Source of the DNA: Opitutaceae bacterium
GTDB lineage: Bacteria > Verrucomicrobiota > Verrucomicrobiia > Opitutales > Opitutaceae
Assembly (NCBI GenBank): GCA_044344465.1
Contig: JBIJCX010000004.1
Span: 4,804 to 68,803 of the forward strand
Direction of reading: 5' to 3'
DNA length: 64,000 nt
A program made the translations under genes and the position numbers. A model generated the notes under the pieces. That model ran no database searches. It was given only the letters and a program-made list of their open reading frames with translations, and was not told the DNA's origin. Positions 46,765-56,825 of this stretch are shown here, one piece after another (the stretch's first letter is position 1; every line of letters begins with the position of its first letter).

Positions 46765-48957
46765 ATGCCCGCCTACAACTTCGTTAATTATCTTTGGGAT
46801 GACGCCCAGGCCGCCGCGCTCGATCCCGTCGGCCGCCTCGTCTACCGCTCCAATCTCCTTGGCCGCGATCAGCGCGTCACCAACACCGGCGGCGGCAACA
46901 CCTCGTCCAAGATCGTGGAGCGCGATCCGCTCACCGGCCGGCCGGTCGACGTGCTCTGGGTCAAAGGCTCTGGCGGCGATCTGCGCACGAGCACGCGCGA
47001 GAATTTCTCGTCCCTTTACCAGGACAAGTTGATTGGCCTCCAGTCGCTCTACGCCGCGCGGCCGGACCAGGGCCTCAAGTCGCCCGCCGAGGACGACATG
47101 GTCGGGATGTTCGCGCACACGACCTTCAACCTCAACCCGCGCGCCCCCTCGATCGACACGCCGCTGCATTCGTTCCTGCCCGGCCGGCACGTCGATCACA
47201 TGCACCCCAACGCGATCATCGCGATCGCCGCGTCGGCCCACTGCGAGAAACTCACGCAGGAGATTTTCGGCGGTGCGATGGCCTACCTCCCGTGGATGCG
47301 CCCGGGTTTCGAACTCGGCCTCGCAATGCAGGGCATCGCGGCGAAGAACCCGGCAATCCGCGCCATCATGATGGGCCAGCACGGGTTCATTTCCTGGGAC
47401 GACGACGACAAGGCCTGCTACACGCGCACCCTCGACTGTATCGAAAAGGCCGCCGCCTACATCGAGCAGAAATATGCCGCGAAAGGCGGCGACGCCACGG
47501 CCTTTGGTGGCGCAGAGTATGCGACGCTCCCCGTGGAGCAACGCCACGCGAGCCTCGCCGCCATCCTGCCGTGGCTGCGCGGCCAGGTGTCGCAGCAGAA
47601 GCGCCTCATCGGCACGGTGCAGGACGACGAGACGATCATGCGCTTCGTCAACTCGAAGGATGCCGCGCGGCTCGCCGCCCTCGGCACCTCGTGCCCCGAT
47701 CATTTTCTCCGCACGAAAATCAAGCCGCTCTACGTCGACTGGGATCCTCAGTCCGGGGACGTCGCCACCCTCAAGGTCAAACTTGCCGCCGGGCTCGCCG
47801 CGTATCGCGCCGACTACGCCGCTTACTACGCGCAGTGTCGGCGCGCCAACTCGCCCGCGATGCGCGACCCGAATCCGACGGTCGTGCTCATTCCGGGACT
47901 TGGCATGATCGCCTGGGGCAAGGACAAGTCCGAATCGCGCGTCACGGCCGAGTTCTACAATTGCGCCGTCGAGGTCATGCGCGGCGCCGAGGCCATTGAT
48001 CGTTACATCGCGCTGCCGCTGCAGGAGGCGTTCGACATCGAATACTGGCTGCTCGAGGAGGCCAAGTTGAAGCGCATGCCGGCCGAGAAGGAACTCGCGC
48101 GGCAGGTGGTCATCGTCATCGGTGCCGGCTCCGGCATCGGCCGCGAAACCGCGCATCGCCTCGTGAAGGAGGGGGCGCACCTGGTCTGCGTCGATCGCAA
48201 CGAGGCCTCGGCCCGGGCGACGGCTCAGGAAATCACCGCGAAATACGGCGTCGGCATCGGCGTGGCCGGCACCGGGATTTCCAACTGCGGTCCCGCCATC
48301 GGGATCGCCGCCGATATCACCGAGCGCGCGAGCATCCGCGCCATGCTCGATCAGGTCGCGCTCGCTTACGGTGGCTTCGACTCGATCTGCGTCACCGCGG
48401 GCATCTTCATTTCGACCGACACGACCGGGCACATCCCCGACGACAAGTGGGCGCTCACCTTCGCGATCAACGTCACCGGCAGCTACCTCGTCGGTGACGA
48501 GGCCGCCAAGACGTGGCGCGAGCAGGGGCTGCGCGCGACGCTCGTACTCACGACCTCGGCCAATGCGACCGTCGCGAAGAAGGGCTCCATCGCCTACGAC
48601 GCCTCGAAGGCCGCGGCCAACCACCTCGTGGGCGAACTCGCGATCGAGCTGGCGCCACTCGTGCGCGTCAACGGCGTCGCGCCTGCGACCGTGGTGCAGG
48701 GCAGCGCGATGTTTCCGCGCGACCGCGTCATTGGCTCGCTCGCGAAGTATAACATTCCGTACTCCGAGACCGAGGCGACCCAGTCCCTGGTCGACAAGCT
48801 CGCCCAATTCTACGCCGACCGCACGCTGACGAAAACGCCCATCACCCCGGCTGATCAGGCCGAGGCGTATTTTCTCCTCGTGAGTGATCGGTTGAGCAAG
48901 ACCGCCGGCCAGGTCATCGCCGTCGACGGCGGCCTGCACGAGGCGTTTCTGCGGTGA
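46765..48957 (+). CDS. Bifunctional rhamnulose-1-phosphate aldolase / short-chain dehydrogenase (RhaEW-type)
   Basis: GGGNTSSK, VKGSGGDL, PSIDTPLH, GTSCPDHFLRTK, EYWLLEEAKL, GAGSGIG, YDASK. Confidence 0.92.
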   Translation: MPAYNFVNYLWDDAQAAALDPVGRLVYRSNLLGRDQRVTNTGGGNTSSKIVERDPLTGRPVDVLWVKGSGGDLRTSTRENFSSLYQDKLIGLQSLYAARPDQGLKSPAEDDMVGMFAHTTFNLNPRAPSIDTPLHSFLPGRHVDHMHPNAIIAIAASAHCEKLTQEIFGGAMAYLPWMRPGFELGLAMQGIAAKNPAIRAIMMGQHGFISWDDDDKACYTRTLDCIEKAAAYIEQKYAAKGGDATAFGGAEYATLPVEQRHASLAAILPWLRGQVSQQKRLIGTVQDDETIMRFVNSKDAARLAALGTSCPDHFLRTKIKPLYVDWDPQSGDVATLKVKLAAGLAAYRADYAAYYAQCRRANSPAMRDPNPTVVLIPGLGMIAWGKDKSESRVTAEFYNCAVEVMRGAEAIDRYIALPLQEAFDIEYWLLEEAKLKRMPAEKELARQVVIVIGAGSGIGRETAHRLVKEGAHLVCVDRNEASARATAQEITAKYGVGIGVAGTGISNCGPAIGIAADITERASIRAMLDQVALAYGGFDSICVTAGIFISTDTTGHIPDDKWALTFAINVTGSYLVGDEAAKTWREQGLRATLVLTTSANATVAKKGSIAYDASKAAANHLVGELAIELAPLVRVNGVAPATVVQGSAMFPRDRVIGSLAKYNIPYSETEATQSLVDKLAQFYADRTLTKTPITPADQAEAYFLLVSDRLSKTAGQVIAVDGGLHEAFLR

Positions 48958-49147
48958 GCCGGGTTCCTTGAGATGGAACCCATTCCCGGAGTGAGCCGAA
49001 TGAATCCACTTGGCGCAGGGCTCGACCTTGGTCCACGTCCGAGAAGACAGTTCGGTTCTCCATCGGCACTTCCGGCGTCCACCAAGTTCCGGCCCAAAAC
49101 CTTGGGCTAAGTGTCCTCTACGCCTTCAACTTCGCGTCTCTGGCCGC

Positions 49148-50137
49148 TCAGCCCGCGGCCGCGCGCAGCAGCAGCGCGAACACCCACAGGATGCCGCCGG
49201 AGACGGCGCAGCAGACCACGAATCCGATCGTATCGACGCGATCCCATTTCGTGAACTCCCACGCAGAGCGCCGGAACAGCTTCAGGCGATCGAAGCGGTG
49301 CGGATCGCGGCGCGTTTCCGCCATCGCGGTGGCCTCCAGCTCCGGCGTTGCACCCACGGGCGTTTTCATCTTGCCGTAAAACTGATCGACATGCGCCAGC
49401 ACCGGCGCCCGCGTGCGCAGGCTCACGAGCAGCAGCAACGCAAAGGGAAACAAGCCGTCAAAGAAGAACCGTGCGGCAAAGCGGGCGCTCGACGAACGCT
49501 CCGCCATGTCGATGCCCACCCGATCCAGCAAATAGAGCTCGAGGTGGAACCGGCCGCGGCCCTCCAAGGGGCTGGCGAGGTCGTCCGGGCGCGAGCGCAC
49601 GACCGTCTCGAAATAGACCGGATCGCGCCGGCCGGTGGCGCCGGCGGCCGCGAGTTCGACCAGCGCCGGGTGCTGCCGCAGCGCCGGCACCATCGGCACG
49701 ACAAACGGGGCGATGATGTTGACCAGCGCCGAAACGATGACCGCCGTCCAGACCGCCCCGGGCGTCAGCCGCCGCCACGTGAAAATCAAAACCACGGCGG
49801 CGCCGAAGGGCACGTTCACCGTCACGAGCCGGACCCGCCGGAACCAGAGGTTCATGAACCAATAATACGGATTCATGAACAGCGTCTGCAGCGACAGCCA
49901 GACGCCCGAAACACCCTGCTGGTAGACCAGGCTCGCCGTGCTGACGGCGCCGTTCGCGTCGGTCGCGTTGCCGAAGTTGAGGAAGAACTGGTAGAGCTTG
50001 CCCAGCTTTCGCCCGGCGAGGAAAAAGTCGTCCTCGTTGCGGTTGCCCTTGGCGGCCCGGTGACCGAGGTAGGTCACGATCACCAGGTAACCGGCGACCA
50101 CGAGGATATCGATAAGATGGATGCCGCCGATCGTCAT
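49148..50137 (-). pseudogene. Sodium:solute symporter with an apparent large in-frame internal deletion
   Basis: SSS N-terminus DFFLAGRKLGK...WFRRVRLVT joined directly to late-domain VNVPFGAAVVLIFTWRRLT; only 329 aa. Confidence 0.65.
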
Positions 50138-50251
50138 GCTCTTAAGGACGGTGGAAACGTTGGGCGGCGCCGCGACGGGGCGCGAGCACTCTGTGGCGTG
50201 GACGGTCCGATGCGGCAAATTGCCATTGTCTTCCCCGTCCGGACCCCAAGA

Positions 50252-50268
50252 GTTCGGACAGTCCGAAC
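50252..50268. promoter_or_regulatory. Perfect palindrome, candidate LacI operator
   Basis: gttcggac-a-gtccgaac immediately before the LacI ATG; related ggacggtccga near 50200. Confidence 0.55.
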
Positions 50269-50269
50269 C

Positions 50270-51319
50270 ATGGCCGATCCCGCTCCCACCCTGCGTTCCC
50301 TCGCCCGCGTCCTCGGCCTCTCGCGCACGACCGTTTCCGATGCGTTGCGCGGCTCACCGCGCGTTGATCCCAAAACCGCCGAGCGCGTGCACGCGGCCGC
50401 CCACGCGGCCGGCTATCGCCGCAATCCGCTCGCCGGCGCGCTGATGTCCGAGCTTCGGCGCTCGCGCGGGACGACGTTCCACGGGGTGCTGGCCGCCGTC
50501 GATTTCAATGAACCGGACCGTCCGCCCCATGCGGCCCGTTACCATCGGGAGCTGCAGGTGGGCGCCGAAGCCCGCGCCGACGAGCTCGGCTTCAAGGTGG
50601 AGAAATTCTTGGTCGGCCACGCCGGCGTGTCGGTTCAGCGGCTCGATGCGATCCTGCAGGCGCGCGGGATCCACGGCGTGATTCTGCTGCCGGCCTGGGA
50701 CGAACCCGATCTGTCGAATCTCGATTGGACGCGCTACGCGGGGATCTACACCGACTACATCATCGAGCGCCCGGCACTGCATTCGGTCTGTCCCGACCAT
50801 TATCGCTCGCTGCTCGCGGCGCTGCAGCGGATCGCCGGCCTGGGTTACCGGCGGCCGGGATTGTTTTTGCAGCAACACGCGGATGAACGGCTTCAATATC
50901 GCTGGAGCGCGGCCTTCCGGGCATTTCAGGAAAGCCACGTCGCGATCAAGCCGGTGCCGCCCTTGATTGTGGATGCGTTCCGGGAGGAGGATTTTGCGCG
51001 GTGGTTCCGCCGCCACAAGCCGGACGTCGTGGTCGGCCACAACACCGCGGCGATCGATTGGATGGAGAGCTGCGGCGCGGTGCTGCCGGCGACGCACGGA
51101 TTCGTCTGTCTCAACGTGCTGATGAAAACGCGTCCCTGTGCCGGGCTCGACCTCCAGCCGCGAACGCTCGGGGCGCGCGCCACGGAGCTGCTCATCGGCC
51201 AGCTCCAGCGCAACGAAACGGGCATCCCGGATTGGCCGTCGACGACCACGATTCCCGCCCACTGGATCGACGGCCCGACGCTGCGGGCCCAAGGAGAACG
51301 CTCAACGTTCAACGCTTAA
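50270..51319 (+). CDS. LacI-family transcriptional regulator (Opitutaceae type)
   Basis: TLRSLARVLGLSRTTVSDALRGSPRV, GYRRNP, GYRRPGL, WIDGPTL. Confidence 0.9.
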   Translation: MADPAPTLRSLARVLGLSRTTVSDALRGSPRVDPKTAERVHAAAHAAGYRRNPLAGALMSELRRSRGTTFHGVLAAVDFNEPDRPPHAARYHRELQVGAEARADELGFKVEKFLVGHAGVSVQRLDAILQARGIHGVILLPAWDEPDLSNLDWTRYAGIYTDYIIERPALHSVCPDHYRSLLAALQRIAGLGYRRPGLFLQQHADERLQYRWSAAFRAFQESHVAIKPVPPLIVDAFREEDFARWFRRHKPDVVVGHNTAAIDWMESCGAVLPATHGFVCLNVLMKTRPCAGLDLQPRTLGARATELLIGQLQRNETGIPDWPSTTTIPAHWIDGPTLRAQGERSTFNA

Positions 51320-51408
51320 CTTTTAACGCTCAATGACCGAACCAAGCCTCAACTCGGAAGGGAGAGCCAACTTGAGCGTTGAGCGTTAAGAGTTGAGCGT
51401 TGAGCGTT
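51297..51408. repeat. Inverted element with 7-nt periodic arms (AACGCTC), overlapping the LacI 3' end
   Basis: aacgctcaacgttcaacgcttaacttttaacgctcaa / ttgagcgttgagcgttaagagttgagcgttgagcgtt. Confidence 0.85.
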
Positions 51409-51436
51409 TAATTGCCTCCGCCGAGTTTACCGTGCC

Positions 51437-52531
51437 ATGACGATGCTGCCCCAGCGAAATTCACTGTTCAGCCAGACGGTGAACATTTTGCGCGAGGAGA
51501 TTGCGAAAGGCACCTGGACTCACTGGCTCCCGAGCGAACGAACCCTTTGCAACACGCTGCAGGTCAGCCGAAACACGCTGCGCGCCGCCTTGGCCCAACT
51601 GAAGCGCGAGGGGGTGGTTCGCCCGATGCACGGTGCCGGCAATCAAATCCTGACCAGGGCGCCGGCGGCCCCCCCACCGCTGAAATCGCAGGATGTGGCC
51701 CTGTTGATGCCGGATCCGATCGAGCAACTGCGTCCCAGCCTGACTTTGTGGATCGACGAACTGCGGGCGCTGCTGAGCGAGCGGGGCTGCCGCCTCCGCG
51801 TGTTCCACGGACACCAGTTTTTTCGGAAGAATTCCGGACCGGCCCTGCAGAAGCTGGTCAACCGGAATCCCCACGGCTGCTGGATCCTGACGCTTTCGAA
51901 TGAGAACGTACAGGCATGGTTCACCCGGGCCGGTTTGCCCTGCGTGGTCGCGGGCTCGATCTATCCGGGGGTGGATTTGCCGTGCCGCGATCTCGATCAT
52001 CGCGCCATGTGCCGCCACGCCGCCGGCATCCTGCTGGGACTCGGGCACCGCCGACTCGCCCTTGTCACCCATAAATCACGGCGGGCGGGCGATGTGGAGA
52101 GCGAGATCGGATTTGTCGAAGGTGTGGCGCAGTCGCCGCATGGGAACGCCGAGTCTGTGGTGCTGTATCACGAATCGACGCCCGCCAGCGTCTGCAGCAT
52201 CGTACGCCGGATGCGGGAACAGCCGCAACCGCCCACCGCCTTGCTCGTGGTGAATCCCTACTTTTATCTGACGGTGACCAGCCGTCTGGCGCAGATGGGC
52301 GTGCGGGTGCCGCAGGATGTGTCGGTCATTTCCCGTGACGAAGATCCCTTCCTGTCCTTTCTCGTACCGATGCCGACGCGTTACGTCGTGAGCCCGCACA
52401 TCATGGCGAAGACCCTGCTGCGGCCGGTGATCGAGTTGCTCGAGGGCCGGGTCGTGACCCAGCGGACAATCCGGATCATGCCCGAGTTCATCCGGGGAGA
52501 CTCCGTCGCCCGGCCGCCGTCGGCGTCGTGA
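51437..52531 (+). CDS. GntR-HTH plus periplasmic-binding-fold (AraR-like) regulator
   Basis: LPSERTLCNTLQVSRNTLRAAL, LGHRRLAL, PPTALL, VPQDVSVI. Confidence 0.88.
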   Translation: MTMLPQRNSLFSQTVNILREEIAKGTWTHWLPSERTLCNTLQVSRNTLRAALAQLKREGVVRPMHGAGNQILTRAPAAPPPLKSQDVALLMPDPIEQLRPSLTLWIDELRALLSERGCRLRVFHGHQFFRKNSGPALQKLVNRNPHGCWILTLSNENVQAWFTRAGLPCVVAGSIYPGVDLPCRDLDHRAMCRHAAGILLGLGHRRLALVTHKSRRAGDVESEIGFVEGVAQSPHGNAESVVLYHESTPASVCSIVRRMREQPQPPTALLVVNPYFYLTVTSRLAQMGVRVPQDVSVISRDEDPFLSFLVPMPTRYVVSPHIMAKTLLRPVIELLEGRVVTQRTIRIMPEFIRGDSVARPPSAS

Positions 52532-52741
52532 TTGGGGCGGGCGGTGATCCGCCGGTCGCGCAACCGGCAGGTGCGCCACCGTGCCCCCCCGAGTGGTATC
52601 GCAACGGCACCACCACAAAATCGTTCCACGAACAAGAACCGGTTTTAGGTTACTGGGGACAATGGTGCTGGCTTAGGCCGGTGTGATCCTTAGCCGCAAC
52701 CTGTCCACCAGCATCCCGGAACCCCAACGCCAACCCAAAGA

Positions 52742-54913
52742 ATGAAACACTGCACATTCCCTGCCTGGAAATTCGCGACCGCGACCTTGGTCGCTGCTCT
52801 GCTCTCCGCCGCTGGCCTCAGGGCCCAGGCGGCCTCAGCCGCATCCGCGGCGTCCAGCAACAACCAGGACGACTTGGTCAACCTGTCGCCCTTCATCGTG
52901 AGCGACACGACGGACCGGGGCTACATTGCGACCCGGGCGAGCGGAGCGACGAAGATCAACACTCCGATGATCGAGCTGCCGCACTCGATCCAGGTCCTGA
53001 ACAAGGAGTTCATTGCCGACACCGGCTCCGCCAACGTCTTTCAGGCCGCGCGCTACGCCAGCAACGTCGCCGGTGGCAGCCAGCGCGGCGATGATGCGCT
53101 GCTCATCCGCGGCTTCGCCGTCACCCGCCTGCGCAACGGCCAGCCGTACTCGCAGCAAAACGCCTTCACCTTCGATGAGATGGCGGCGTTTGAACGGGTC
53201 GAGGTCATCAAGGGCGCCTCGGCCGTGCTCTACGGCTCCGCCTCGCCCGGCGGCCTCATCAACCTGGTGGACAAACGGCCGCTGCCGAAACAACAGGGTT
53301 CGCTGAGCCTGTTGGCGGGCAGCTATTCCTTCTACAAGGGGGTCCTCGATACCACCGGACCGGTGACCAAACTCGGCGACGTCGAAATCAACTACCGGGC
53401 GATCGCCGCCTACGAGGACAGCGAGAGCTGGCGCACCTTTGCGTTCCGCAAACGCACGTACCTGAACGGCGCCCTCGAGTTCCGGCTCAGCAAGGACACG
53501 AACGTCGTGACCCGGATCGAATATCAAAAGGACAAGCTGAAGGACAGTTACGGCAAACCCTACATCTGGTTCAGCACGGCCAACGTGGGCACATTGTTGA
53601 ACATCCCCGATGAGTTCTTCCGCGGCGACCCGGAAATCGACAGGAAACAGGTCGCACGCTTCATCTGGGACACGACCCTGCAGCACCGCTTCAGCGACAA
53701 CTGGACCGCTCGCGCCTCGCTCGCCTACGGCGATGCGTTCAGCAACCGGACCGAGGTGTTCATCAGCGCGCAAGGGGCCGCCATCAACCTGTTCCCGCGC
53801 TTTGCCCAAGTCATTCCGCGTGATGAGCAGCAGTGGGTCGGGGAAGTGGATCTCCTGGGCAAATTCAAACTCGGCCCGACCTCCCACCAACTGCTGGCGG
53901 GCGTCAATTTCTATAACCAGGAGATCAACGACAGCAATCTTCGCTACAACGTCAGCCCGAGTCTGTTCGACATCTTCAACCCGGTGTACGGGAGCACCAC
54001 GATCGGCGCTGAAGTCACCACCACCCGGCGCGTCGCTTACACCGAGAGCGAGTGGCGCAGCCCCTTCATCCAGGATCAGTTCGGCATCTGGGACGACAAG
54101 CTGCAGTTCATCGTTGGCGTCCGTCGCGACGACTTGAAGCAGAAGGTCAAGAGCTTCGTGACGGGAGTGACGACCCCGAACAACCAGCACAAGGTGTCGC
54201 CGCGCTACGGCGTCCTGTGGCGGGTGAATCCGGATCTTTCGGTCTATGCCTCTTACAACGAGTCGTTCACTCCGGCCACCGGCGCCGGCTCCGTGCAGGG
54301 CGTGCCGTTCCCGTCGCCCACCGCCGAGCAGACCGAGGTGGGGGCGAAATTCGAGCTGTTCAACAAGCGGCTCTTCGGCGGCATCGCCGTGTTCGAAAAC
54401 AGCCGCCGTAACCTCACGACGACCGACGTGCTCAACCCCGGGTTCTCCGTCGCGACCGGCGAGGTCACCTCCAAGGGCAGCGAGCTCGATCTCGGCGTCA
54501 GCATCACGAAGGACTGGCAGGTCATCGCCGCGATCGGATTCCAAAAAGCCACCACCACCAAGGACAATGTACCGGCCAACATCGGCCTCGAGCAGCCCAA
54601 CGTGCCGAACGAATCCGGTTCCCTCTGGACGAAGTACAGCTTCTCGTCCGGCGACGTGAAGGGCCTGAGCATCGGGCTGGGCGTGACCTTTGTCGGCGAG
54701 CGGGCGGGCGTGCGTGACAGCGTGCCCCGCTCGTTTGCCCTGCCGGGATACACGATCGCCAATGCGCTGGTTTCCTATGGGATCGGAAAAAACAAGTTCT
54801 CGTTGAACGTGGAGAATATCACGGACGAGCGGTACATCATGAACGGCCAGGCGCGTCTCGCCGACCCGGGCGAGCACCGCAATTTCCGGCTCACGTACAC
54901 GAGGTCGTTCTGA
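52742..54913 (+). CDS. TonB-dependent receptor (siderophore-receptor-like architecture)
   Basis: LSPFIV, ATKINTP..ELPHSIQV, ERVEVIKGASAVLYG..SPGG, NVENITDERY, terminal F. Confidence 0.92.
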   Translation: MKHCTFPAWKFATATLVAALLSAAGLRAQAASAASAASSNNQDDLVNLSPFIVSDTTDRGYIATRASGATKINTPMIELPHSIQVLNKEFIADTGSANVFQAARYASNVAGGSQRGDDALLIRGFAVTRLRNGQPYSQQNAFTFDEMAAFERVEVIKGASAVLYGSASPGGLINLVDKRPLPKQQGSLSLLAGSYSFYKGVLDTTGPVTKLGDVEINYRAIAAYEDSESWRTFAFRKRTYLNGALEFRLSKDTNVVTRIEYQKDKLKDSYGKPYIWFSTANVGTLLNIPDEFFRGDPEIDRKQVARFIWDTTLQHRFSDNWTARASLAYGDAFSNRTEVFISAQGAAINLFPRFAQVIPRDEQQWVGEVDLLGKFKLGPTSHQLLAGVNFYNQEINDSNLRYNVSPSLFDIFNPVYGSTTIGAEVTTTRRVAYTESEWRSPFIQDQFGIWDDKLQFIVGVRRDDLKQKVKSFVTGVTTPNNQHKVSPRYGVLWRVNPDLSVYASYNESFTPATGAGSVQGVPFPSPTAEQTEVGAKFELFNKRLFGGIAVFENSRRNLTTTDVLNPGFSVATGEVTSKGSELDLGVSITKDWQVIAAIGFQKATTTKDNVPANIGLEQPNVPNESGSLWTKYSFSSGDVKGLSIGLGVTFVGERAGVRDSVPRSFALPGYTIANALVSYGIGKNKFSLNVENITDERYIMNGQARLADPGEHRNFRLTYTRSF

Positions 54914-55016
54914 GCCGGATCCATTCAACGGGAGTGCGTCTCGCCTCTGGGTACGAGGCCGCTGAAAGGCGGATCTCACCGCATCTCATTTTCTTGCAGT
55001 GCGAGGAATCTCCTCG

Positions 55017-55100
55017 GGTGGGCGGGCACGTCCCGGGGCCCCCATGTCTGGCCCGCGCGATCAAGCATTGAATGCGGGCACGGGGACGTGCCCGCCCACC
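55017..55100. repeat. GTGG REP doublet
   Basis: ggtgggcgggcacgtccc / gggacgtgcccgcccacc. Confidence 0.8.
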
Positions 55101-55198
55101 TCGAATTGCTGTTGCTACAAACTGAGACGCGCCGGTGGACCGCGTTGACCCCGGATGTTCACTCGTGGCACCGCGCCAAACGGCTGAGGTGCGCCTCG

Positions 55199-56431
55199 TC
55201 AGTCTCTGTCGTCGTAGAACCAGCTGATCGGCACGCGCGCCTGCACCAGGTCGCAGCGTTTCCGGTCAGAGGGGAACACCCGATAATGAACCAGCGCGTG
55301 ATCGCCGTCGAAGGTCACGCCCGGATACTCGGACCAGTTCTCCGGATTGGTCTCGAGCGCCTTTGGCAGTCCCCAGGTTTTTCCGCCATCCTTGCTGATG
55401 GCACAGGCGAGCACGGTGCGAACACCCATGATCCGCGCATCGGGGTTCCAGGTCGGGTTCCAGATCATCAGCAGATCGCCACTCTTTGGGACGCGGGTGA
55501 TGTAGGTCGGCGCCAGGGAGCTGAAAACGCCGGACGGACGCGGGACCGTCCAGGTTGTGCCGCGATCGGTGGATTCGGAAACGAAGGACTGGCCGTGCCA
55601 GTTGCGGATGAATTGGATCAGCGAACCATCGGCGCGCTGCGCGAGGCAGGCCTCCTCGAAGCGCCCGCCCAGGCCCACGATCGGATCGATGAACACCTCG
55701 GTGCGCTGCCACGTTTTGCCGTGGTCATCGGAATACGCGAAGTAGGTGCCCATGCACGTCCGCCGATAGTTCGGGCCCGGCTGCGCCTCCCCCGGCGGGA
55801 AAATCGTGTGACACTGGACGATCACGCGGCCGTTATCGAGTGTGTAGGCGCGGTCATGGCAGCCGGTGTGATACTCGCGGTTGTCGGGCGTGATGCGGGT
55901 GCGTTCGGACCACGTCTTCCCCTCGTCGGCCGAGATGCGCACCATCTTCGCGCAGTTGCCGTAGTTCTCCGCGCCATTGCCGCCGCTGCGCCAGCTGTAG
56001 GCGAGAAGCAGCCGGCCGTCCTTCAGGCGCGTCAGGCCCGGCGAAATGCAGTTCACCAGCGCGTCCTTATCGTCCACGACCACCCGGGGTTTGGACCAAG
56101 TGCGCCCGCCATCGGCCGATGTTATGCCGCTGATCCGGGCGTAACCGTCGTCGCCCGTCGGGTCGCGGCGCAGCGGAGAAGCGGGCGGACGCTCGGCGGC
56201 GGGCATGAGGTCTTCGCGGAGGAATTCGGACCAAAGCAACAGCAGCCGGCCGTCCTTGAGCCGGATGACGGTCTGCTCGCCGTGCTTGGGCGCCGCAGGC
56301 GTCGCGAGGACCACGATCTGTTTCTCGATGCCGGGAATTTCGCGCAACTTCGGTGGCGTTTCATTCCAGGCCGCAGGTGCCGACGGCGTCAGGAGCGCGG
56401 CCATGAGAATTGTGGGGGCACAGTAATTCAT
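55199..56431 (-). CDS. Secreted BNR/Asp-box (sialidase-fold) protein
   Basis: Five Asp boxes: SADGGRTW, SADEGKTW, SDDHGKTW, STDRGTTW, SKDGGKTW. Confidence 0.88.
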   Translation of the reverse strand: MNYCAPTILMAALLTPSAPAAWNETPPKLREIPGIEKQIVVLATPAAPKHGEQTVIRLKDGRLLLLWSEFLREDLMPAAERPPASPLRRDPTGDDGYARISGITSADGGRTWSKPRVVVDDKDALVNCISPGLTRLKDGRLLLAYSWRSGGNGAENYGNCAKMVRISADEGKTWSERTRITPDNREYHTGCHDRAYTLDNGRVIVQCHTIFPPGEAQPGPNYRRTCMGTYFAYSDDHGKTWQRTEVFIDPIVGLGGRFEEACLAQRADGSLIQFIRNWHGQSFVSESTDRGTTWTVPRPSGVFSSLAPTYITRVPKSGDLLMIWNPTWNPDARIMGVRTVLACAISKDGGKTWGLPKALETNPENWSEYPGVTFDGDHALVHYRVFPSDRKRCDLVQARVPISWFYDDRD

Positions 56432-56695
56432 CGGACCCGAGCACAACGGTCGCCGTTCCACCGGCAATCCGGGCCTGCTGGTTCCTTGCCTGCACCTTTG
56501 CGTCCAGGCGGAAGGAAACGCGGCCGCCGGAGCCTCTCTTCGCCCCCTCGGAACGGCCTCGCCCGTACCCGCCGAGTTTCAGGGCACCCCAATGGGTTGC
56601 TCTACCCCGGAGATTTCCGACGGATACCGGCCCACCCTTGAGCGCGCAGGACTAGGAAACGGATGCAAACTTCATGGTGGTCGGCGAAAGAAGTT

Positions 56696-56768
56696 GGTGG
56701 ACCGTGCGCTCCGCGCACGGTTACATCCGTGCCTCCGGTTCCGCCGCGGGCGGAGCGCACGGCCCACC
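56696..56768. repeat. GTGG REP doublet
   Basis: ggtggaccgtgcgctccgc / gcggagcgcacggcccacc. Confidence 0.75.
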
Positions 56769-56825
56769 GCCTGGACGGCGTGACTACGGGTCACCGCGAC
56801 CCGGATACACATCCCTGATGATTCC

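Noticed and set aside
49010-51319. 769-aa ORF that looks like a LacI fusion
   Set aside because: The first ~420 aa are antisense to the symporter; the LacI HTH starts at ATG 50270
56460-56640. Possible riboswitch upstream of the BNR gene
   Set aside because: A ggggtgc..ctga fragment is present, but the remaining TPP or cobalamin consensus elements are not
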